A stretch of DNA of 50,008 bases, from positions 1-50,008 of the IMG/VR virus record IMGVR_UViG_3300042923_001831. One strand, given 5' to 3'. Numbering within the stretch: the stretch's first letter is position 1; each line of letters starts with the position of its first letter. Source of the DNA: a virus. Taxonomy: Duplodnaviria; Caudoviricetes. Shown here one piece after another: positions 44,256-50,008 of the stretch. The position numbers and the translations under genes were made by a program. The notes under the pieces were generated by a model. That model had not been told where the DNA came from. It did no database searches and worked only from the letters and a program-made list of their open reading frames with translations.

Positions 44256-44507
44256 TTAGGCTGTTTGTGTTTCTTCTTTATTTTGTAAGTTTGATACAAC
44301 GACACTTGTAAAAAAAATATCCCTAGGGTCTTTATTAAAAAAAGAAGATACCTTTAATAGTAATTCCGCAGATGGTGGTCTACCTTTTTCAAGTTCATTA
44401 ATTGTTTGTCTAGATACACCTAATTCCTTTGCCAGCTGCTCTTGTGTCAAATCAAAGCCTTCACTTCTTCGAAGGTATCTTATATTGTTATTCAATTTGT
44501 TTTTCAT
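44256..44507 (-). CDS. Cro-like XRE HTH regulator
   Basis: 'LTQEQLAKELGVSRQTINELEKG'; divergent from repressor. Confidence 0.9.
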   Translation of the reverse strand: MKNKLNNNIRYLRRSEGFDLTQEQLAKELGVSRQTINELEKGRPPSAELLLKVSSFFNKDPRDIFFTSVVVSNLQNKEETQTA

Positions 44508-44525
44508 CTTATCACCTCCGCGTTA

Positions 44526-44647
44526 TGTTGCATCAACCTTACACATCATATTGTAGTATCGAACTTACAATCCGTCAAGTAAAAACAACATTAAATTAAT
44601 ATTTTTTTCGTAAACTATAATTTACAATATGTTATATAGAACCTACA
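44526..44647. promoter_or_regulatory. Genetic switch with 18-bp operators (TGT-N12-ACA)
   Basis: TGTTGCATCAACCTTACA 44526, TGTAGTATCGAACTTACA 44552, CGTAAACTATAATTTACA 44609, TGTTATATAGAACCTACA 44630; inverted copy in cro at 44284-44301. Confidence 0.7.
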
Positions 44648-44666
44648 TTAATGGGAGAGGTATTAA

Positions 44667-45101
44667 ATGGGTAATGAACTGGGGCAATTCCTCGAAGAAT
44701 TAAGGGGTAAATTAAGTTTAAGGGATGCTGCAGAAAAAAGCGGTCTTAGTCACACGTATATTCGTGATTTAGAGCTCGGATTAAATAGAAAAACTAAAGC
44801 TCCAATAAGACCATCAGCAGATACCTTAATACAGTTAGCTAAAGCTTACAATTGCCCGCCAAATGATTTATTAAAAGTAGCTGGGTACATTGAAGAGGAC
44901 GTTGATTCAAATAATAGCGTTAACTACGATTCTTTATCCGAAATCAACAAGCTAGTCGAGAAATACGGCTTAGATCAACTAGGATTCTTCGATATCGAAC
45001 AGTGGAAAAACCTTTCACCAGACGATGTATTACTACTGGAAGAACAATTCAAATCAATCGTAAAATTCGCTAAGAAGAGAAATGAAAACAACAAAGATTA
45101 G
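44667..45101 (+). CDS. CI/ImmR-like XRE repressor
   Basis: 'LSLRDAAEKSGLSHTYIRDLELG'; no S24 peptidase domain. Confidence 0.9.
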   Translation: MGNELGQFLEELRGKLSLRDAAEKSGLSHTYIRDLELGLNRKTKAPIRPSADTLIQLAKAYNCPPNDLLKVAGYIEEDVDSNNSVNYDSLSEINKLVEKYGLDQLGFFDIEQWKNLSPDDVLLLEEQFKSIVKFAKKRNENNKD

Positions 45102-45159
45102 ACACCTAGAACAAGCATTCGCTTATTTGGGTGTCTTTTTATTTTCAAGGAGGAAAACT

Positions 45160-45393
45160 ATGTCCACCACAATCGAGCTAAGAGAAATTTTCAAGTTAGC
45201 CCACCATGATATTGCTAATAAGGTTTTTGAACGATATGCCGAAGAGATCGTTGAGGTAGAATTAAATGCTTTGGGGTTAGAAGTAGTTATCGAGGAACTT
45301 TCTGTTAGGATAGCTCAGATTTATCAGGAAGAACTCAAGAATGAATTGTTTAAGAATGCCAATAAAGTCATTGAACGGAACGAAGAAAAATAA
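45160..45393 (+). CDS. Hypothetical protein (77 aa)
   Basis: AAGGAGG RBS before ATG 45160. Confidence 0.65.
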   Translation: MSTTIELREIFKLAHHDIANKVFERYAEEIVEVELNALGLEVVIEELSVRIAQIYQEELKNELFKNANKVIERNEEK

Positions 45394-45444
45394 AAAATAC
45401 TACTACATTCAATAATACATTTTGTACGAGAGGTAGATTTATCA

Positions 45445-46977
45445 ATGTCATTTACAATAAAATCAATCCCAATTAATGACATTCATGTGAATGTCCTTAA
45501 TCCTAGATACGAGCCTCAAGAGAGTGAAGTTAAGGAAATGAATTTAATTATTAACCAAGGCAAAATACTAGGATTAATTAAAGATATTGCCCAATTTGGA
45601 TTAGATCCGAGTGAAAATCTAATTGTATCTTATGATAATGAATTGGAAGCATACGTTTCAGAAGAAGGTAATAGAAGAATAACAGCAGTAAAGTTATTAA
45701 AAAATCCTGAAATAACACCTTCGTTTACAAAAAACAGAGATAAGTTTATTTCAAAGATATATGAAATTAAATCACAGTTTCCTAACAGTACCATCAAAAA
45801 AGTCAATTGTGTAATTTTTACAGATTCGATGACCCAAGACCATTTTATTGAATTAAAACACACCGGAGAAAATGACGGAGCAGGAAGAATATCATGGGAT
45901 AGAGAAAGCAAAATTAGATTTTCTAAAGAAAAAAATCCATTTAACCTTTATCTACTTGAATTTATGCAAAATATGTTTCCGGGACAGTCAAATTTTTATA
46001 CTTCAACTGTAGAAACGAGGATAATCTCTGATCCCAATTTTAGAACTGTCTTTGAAATGGAAATCTCGAAAAATCCTCCCAAAATAAATTTTAATTCTAA
46101 AAAAGGCTACAATAGATTTTATTTTGTAATTGACGGATTAATTAATAAAACATTTAATGTAGGTGATTTTTATTTAAAAGAAGATAGAGAAATATTTATT
46201 AATAAACATTTTGGGTCTATAAATGAAGAACAAGATGAAGATTCAGTAAGTTTATTTAATTTCGACTCAATTCCTTTACCTGAAGAAATAGACATGCATT
46301 CAGACAATATAGAAACTTCCAAAATCTATGAAACGGAATCAGAACCAGTCACAGATTTAGAAGCAGATAATAATAAATTTGTAGAGACAGTTCCACAAAA
46401 TTCAGATGTTACAGTTAATCCAAATTCATTAGACCTACAAAATGAAACTGGTATTGTCGGTAGACCATATAAAAATATTTCTGAATATCATAATCTTACA
46501 AAGGCAATACCTTTTAAAAATAAATTCCGAAAAAATTTAAGAATAAATCAAACTCTTAAAGAATTGTCAAACATTGAGTATAAAAATAACCCAGTAGCTT
46601 CAATGTATTTGTTACGGAGTTTATTAGAATCATATGTAAATGAATACATTGATTGTTTTGCAAGTAGAAATGACGAGTTAAGGATGAAAGGAATTAGTCC
46701 TAAACGAGAAAAAAGGACAAAGAAACTCAGGGAACTTTTATATGATGATATATATATTCACTTAAAAGATGTAATTCAACACTATTCAACAACATATGAA
46801 CTAATTAAAGTTACTTTTACCGAAAACAATAATACTGCTACAACGCAAATTATCAATCATTATGTTCATTCGTCTACAAATTACCCAGATAGTTCAGAAA
46901 TATTAGATGCATGGCAAAAAATAAATACAATAATTTCATCTTTGGATATTTTACTAAATAATCACTCTGCCAATTAA
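45445..46977 (+). CDS. ParB/Srx-like N-terminal domain plus HEPN-like C-terminal domain protein (putative defence effector)
   Basis: 'NPRY', 'EGNRRITAVKLL'; C-terminal 'LLRSLLE' and 'NHYVHS'. Confidence 0.6.
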   Translation: MSFTIKSIPINDIHVNVLNPRYEPQESEVKEMNLIINQGKILGLIKDIAQFGLDPSENLIVSYDNELEAYVSEEGNRRITAVKLLKNPEITPSFTKNRDKFISKIYEIKSQFPNSTIKKVNCVIFTDSMTQDHFIELKHTGENDGAGRISWDRESKIRFSKEKNPFNLYLLEFMQNMFPGQSNFYTSTVETRIISDPNFRTVFEMEISKNPPKINFNSKKGYNRFYFVIDGLINKTFNVGDFYLKEDREIFINKHFGSINEEQDEDSVSLFNFDSIPLPEEIDMHSDNIETSKIYETESEPVTDLEADNNKFVETVPQNSDVTVNPNSLDLQNETGIVGRPYKNISEYHNLTKAIPFKNKFRKNLRINQTLKELSNIEYKNNPVASMYLLRSLLESYVNEYIDCFASRNDELRMKGISPKREKRTKKLRELLYDDIYIHLKDVIQHYSTTYELIKVTFTENNNTATTQIINHYVHSSTNYPDSSEILDAWQKINTIISSLDILLNNHSAN

Positions 46978-47015
46978 TAGATTTTTAATCTATAATTAGG
47001 CTAGGAGTTGATAAT

Positions 47016-47879
47016 ATGGCTAATCCTTCACCCCTAAGGTATCCAGGTGGTAAATATAAAACTTATAATTATATAAAGTCATTAATTGAAACAAACAGAT
47101 GTACAACATATATAGAGCCCTTTGCTGGCGGTTCAGCTGTGGCATTAAAACTTCTATTGGATAATGTGGTCAAAAAAATTATCATAAACGATTTTGATCG
47201 TTCCATTTATGCATTATGGTATTCAATTATCAATTATCCTGACGAATTAATAAGACTTATTCATGATACTCCAATCACAATGGAAGAGTGGTATAAGCAA
47301 AAAGAAGTTCAAAAAAATAAAGTACATGAACCTCTAATAACCTTAGGATTTTCCACACTGTTTCTAAACCGAACAAATAGATCTGGAATTATTAAAGCTG
47401 GTGTTATCGGCGGAAAAGAACAAAATGGAAATTATTTAATAGATTGTAGATTTCCTAAATCAGAAATTATTAATAGAATAAAAGAGATTTCCAAACTTAG
47501 AGATAAGATTGAACTTTACAATATGGATGCAATTATTTTTATTGATTTAGTGATTAAAAAAACAAGAAACTCATTTACTTTTTTTGATCCACCCTATTTT
47601 CAAAAAGGGCCAAGTTTATATGTTAATTTTTATTCTACTGAGGATCATTTAGCTCTATCAAAACAAATTCAAAAAGAATTGAGAAACAGAAAGTGGATTG
47701 TTACCTATGATAATGCCATAGAAATAAGAGATATGTATTTAAACCTTGAATTTATGGAGTATTATTTAAACTACACTGCTCAAGACAAGAAAAAAGGGGT
47801 TGAATATATGTTCTTCTCTAATAAAACTGTTATTTCAGATCCCACAAAGCATCTGAAGGTCCTTCAACCACTCCTATAA
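47016..47879 (+). CDS. D12-class (Dam-like) N6-adenine DNA methyltransferase
   Basis: 'SPLRYPGGK', 'EPFAGG', 'IINDFD', 'DPPY'. Confidence 0.95.
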   Translation: MANPSPLRYPGGKYKTYNYIKSLIETNRCTTYIEPFAGGSAVALKLLLDNVVKKIIINDFDRSIYALWYSIINYPDELIRLIHDTPITMEEWYKQKEVQKNKVHEPLITLGFSTLFLNRTNRSGIIKAGVIGGKEQNGNYLIDCRFPKSEIINRIKEISKLRDKIELYNMDAIIFIDLVIKKTRNSFTFFDPPYFQKGPSLYVNFYSTEDHLALSKQIQKELRNRKWIVTYDNAIEIRDMYLNLEFMEYYLNYTAQDKKKGVEYMFFSNKTVISDPTKHLKVLQPLL

Positions 47880-47898
47880 TGCTCACTACTAACATTCT

Positions 47899-47931
47899 AG
47901 AAAATGTCCACAACACGGACATTTTCTTTTT
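47899..47931 (+). terminator. Terminator after methylase
   Basis: AGAAAATGTCC-ACAACAC-GGACATTTTCT-TTT. Confidence 0.75.
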
Positions 47932-47932
47932 G

Positions 47933-47961
47933 TTGTAAAAACGAACAAGTGTTTGTATAAT
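47933..47961 (+). promoter_or_regulatory. SigA promoter with LexA (DinR) box in the spacer
   Basis: TTGTAA-17-TATAAT; CGAACAAGTGTTTG at 47942-47955. Confidence 0.85.
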
Positions 47962-47982
47962 TCCCATTAGGGAGGAAATTAT

Positions 47983-48501
47983 ATGGGAATAGAAAACAGA
48001 ACCTACCGAACGACCTCGCTTGAAGATTGGGTAACTACCTTATATACAGGACTAGGAATCTTTCAACCGAATCAATTGAAGATTGAATATATAGCCCGTA
48101 TATACGGCATATTTATAAAGAAAAATCCTATGCCTACCTTTTACATTGTTAACGGTAGATATATGGCCATACACATCGATAGTCGAGTTTCAGCTAATGT
48201 ACAAAAAGAAATGTTTTTCCATGAACTATGCCATATCCTGAGACATGTAGGAATTCAAAGCAAGATGCCAATGGCATTTAGAGAATTCCAAGAATGGGAT
48301 GCTAAGAACTTCACTCGATATGCAGCCATCCCCTACCACATGATTAAATATATAGATTTGGATAGTCATAACGTTATTGACCAGATGGTAGGCTTGTTCA
48401 AGGTCACACCAGAATTATGTGAGGAACGCTTAGAACAAATAAAGAACCGTACAGGGTACAACATATATGTAGCTGAATCAAAACATAAATATGAAGTGTA
48501 A
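47983..48501 (+). CDS. ImmA/IrrE-family metalloprotease
   Basis: 'FFHELCHILRH' HExxH, 'QEWDA', 'FKVTPELCEERL'. Confidence 0.92.
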   Translation: MGIENRTYRTTSLEDWVTTLYTGLGIFQPNQLKIEYIARIYGIFIKKNPMPTFYIVNGRYMAIHIDSRVSANVQKEMFFHELCHILRHVGIQSKMPMAFREFQEWDAKNFTRYAAIPYHMIKYIDLDSHNVIDQMVGLFKVTPELCEERLEQIKNRTGYNIYVAESKHKYEV

Positions 48502-48574
48502 AAAGTGGCATCATTTAACAGGGGTATTAACGAGGTATTTTATATATGATTAAGGATTGAAAGGAGGTAATACC

Positions 48575-50008
48575 ATGAGGGCTGTAGATTACCCTAGGGT
48601 ATCAACCGATGAGCAGGCACGAGAAGGTTATAGTATCGCTTCTCAACATGAATCAAATACCAAGTTTATTGGATCCCAGCAGAATTGGAACCATGTTGGT
48701 TCATACATCGATGATGGTTATAGCGCTAAAGATCTAAATAGACCTGCAATGCAAAGGCTAATTAAAGATGCCCAGGCTCAGAAATTTGACGTTGTTGTTT
48801 TTTATAAATTAGATCGATTAGTTAGATCAGTTAGTGACCTGGATAAGTTGTTAAAGATATTCGATGCAAATAACATCGGTATTCGCTCTGTAACCGAGCC
48901 ATTTGACACGACAACAGCCATGGGAAGGTTTCTTATTACACTTGTTGCTGCTATCGCACAGTGGGAGCGTGAGACCATTTCTGAGCGTGTTGTGGTTAAT
49001 ATGATGAAAAAAGCTACCCTTGGTGAACGGAATGGTGGCAAAGCTCCTTATGGCTATAAACTAAAAGACGGTAAATTAATCATTCATGAAGAAGAAGCGA
49101 AAGTAGTAAGAGAAATGTTTAGATTATATATTAACGGTAAAGGTATACGTTCTATTACCCTCTATTTACAACAATTTGGAGTTGAGAAAGGTATTAGAAC
49201 AATTAGCCGAATGATAGAGAATCCAGTTTACTGCGGAAAGCTTAGATGGGCAAATAATTCAAAAATGGATGCCATCATTTCCGATGAAATAATCCATCCA
49301 CAAATTGTTGATGAAGAAACATTTGAAAGGGCTCAGGCAATTAGAACAAACCGCACAACTGAAGGAAAAAAAGCGACCTCCCCTTTTCATTTTAGCGGTG
49401 TATTAAAATGTGCCCGTTGCGGATCCCCCCTATCTGGTTATAACAGAAAGGCAAAAGGCTCCAAACATTACCTTTGCATTAACCGAAAGAATAATGCTAA
49501 TTGTGACCTTCCACAATTTACTGAACACGCACTTACAAGTAAATTCTTAGAAGAGTTATCACCAGATGACCCATACCGCTTTTTTAGTTTGGCCAAAGAC
49601 TTTGTTCTGGAGCAAAAAGAAATGGAAAACGCTGATCAACTTATTGATGACATAGAAAGAGAATTAGCAGCCATAAGGAACCGAAAGAAAAATTGGTTAA
49701 TGGCTTTGGGTAATGGAATTATGAGCCAGGAAGAATATTTATCGATGACTAGTGAGGATACTAAAAAAGAAGAGCTCTTGAATGAGCAGCTAAAGAAGAT
49801 AGATAAAGTTGATACTTCCCTTGATCGCGAAACCGTACTTTCATTACTCGAAAATATTTCGAAGTCCTGGGATTCAGTTGGCGATTATGAAAAGAAAGGC
49901 TTTATTAATGACCTTTTTGAAAGTATTATTGTCGATGTGCCAAAGGACTATATACGTGCTGCTGGCAGAACCCCCTCTGTCATTATCAAAGAAGTTAAAC
50001 TCCACTAA
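48575..50008 (+). CDS. Large serine recombinase (integrase)
   Basis: 'YPRVSTDEQ', 'RPAMQRL', 'KLDRLVR', 'PYGY', zinc ribbon 'CARCG'; AAGGAGG RBS. Confidence 0.97.
   Translation: MRAVDYPRVSTDEQAREGYSIASQHESNTKFIGSQQNWNHVGSYIDDGYSAKDLNRPAMQRLIKDAQAQKFDVVVFYKLDRLVRSVSDLDKLLKIFDANNIGIRSVTEPFDTTTAMGRFLITLVAAIAQWERETISERVVVNMMKKATLGERNGGKAPYGYKLKDGKLIIHEEEAKVVREMFRLYINGKGIRSITLYLQQFGVEKGIRTISRMIENPVYCGKLRWANNSKMDAIISDEIIHPQIVDEETFERAQAIRTNRTTEGKKATSPFHFSGVLKCARCGSPLSGYNRKAKGSKHYLCINRKNNANCDLPQFTEHALTSKFLEELSPDDPYRFFSLAKDFVLEQKEMENADQLIDDIERELAAIRNRKKNWLMALGNGIMSQEEYLSMTSEDTKKEELLNEQLKKIDKVDTSLDRETVLSLLENISKSWDSVGDYEKKGFINDLFESIIVDVPKDYIRAAGRTPSVIIKEVKLH

Larger units (their letters stand above)
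1..50008. mobile_element. Temperate siphovirus prophage (Bacillaceae), near complete; att sites not seen in window
   Basis: Complete ordered modules: integrase, immunity, replication, late activator, packaging, head, tail, lysis; strong Firmicutes-type RBSs. Confidence 0.97.

Noticed and set aside
44667-50008. Arbitrium (AimR/AimP) or Rap/Phr communication system
   Set aside because: No TPR receptor or secreted pro-peptide gene; control appears to be ImmR/ImmA plus LexA
48575-50008. attL/attR and target gene (e.g. an interrupted sporulation gene)
   Set aside because: Window ends at the integrase stop codon; flanks are not visible

Overview
The window is essentially one complete temperate siphovirus prophage of a Bacillaceae host (HK97-type head, cos-packaging type), lying on the minus strand. 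Read right to left: large serine integrase, ImmA-type protease under a LexA box, an inserted ParB-like/HEPN-like + D12 adenine methylase pair, CI/Cro switch with 18-bp operators, antirepressor, SMC-like ATPase/RecT/HNH-AP2/MBL nuclease, O-like initiator + DnaB helicase, RuvC-like resolvase, ArpU late activator, a cassette-rich late leader, HNH/TerS/TerL, a 2-kb insert, portal/ClpP/capsid/neck, tail tube, frameshifted G/GT chaperones, tape measure, an unusual tail-tip module, a proteasome-beta-like moron, holin/GH24 endolysin, and a terminal accessory block (Panacea TA pair, HicB-like ORF, secreted surface protein). Most notable: (1) a 1749-aa tail-tip protein with about 50-55 18-aa repeats plus two paralogous small proteins, suggesting a scaffolded fibre; (2) a tRNA-like ncRNA with a branched insert; (3) an iteron-like array about 7 kb away from an iteron-less initiator gene; (4) a stand-alone Ntn/proteasome-like protease; (5) a 420-bp inverted-repeat-bounded non-coding element between terL and portal. 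att sites are not visible. All family assignments are by motif recognition, not database search.
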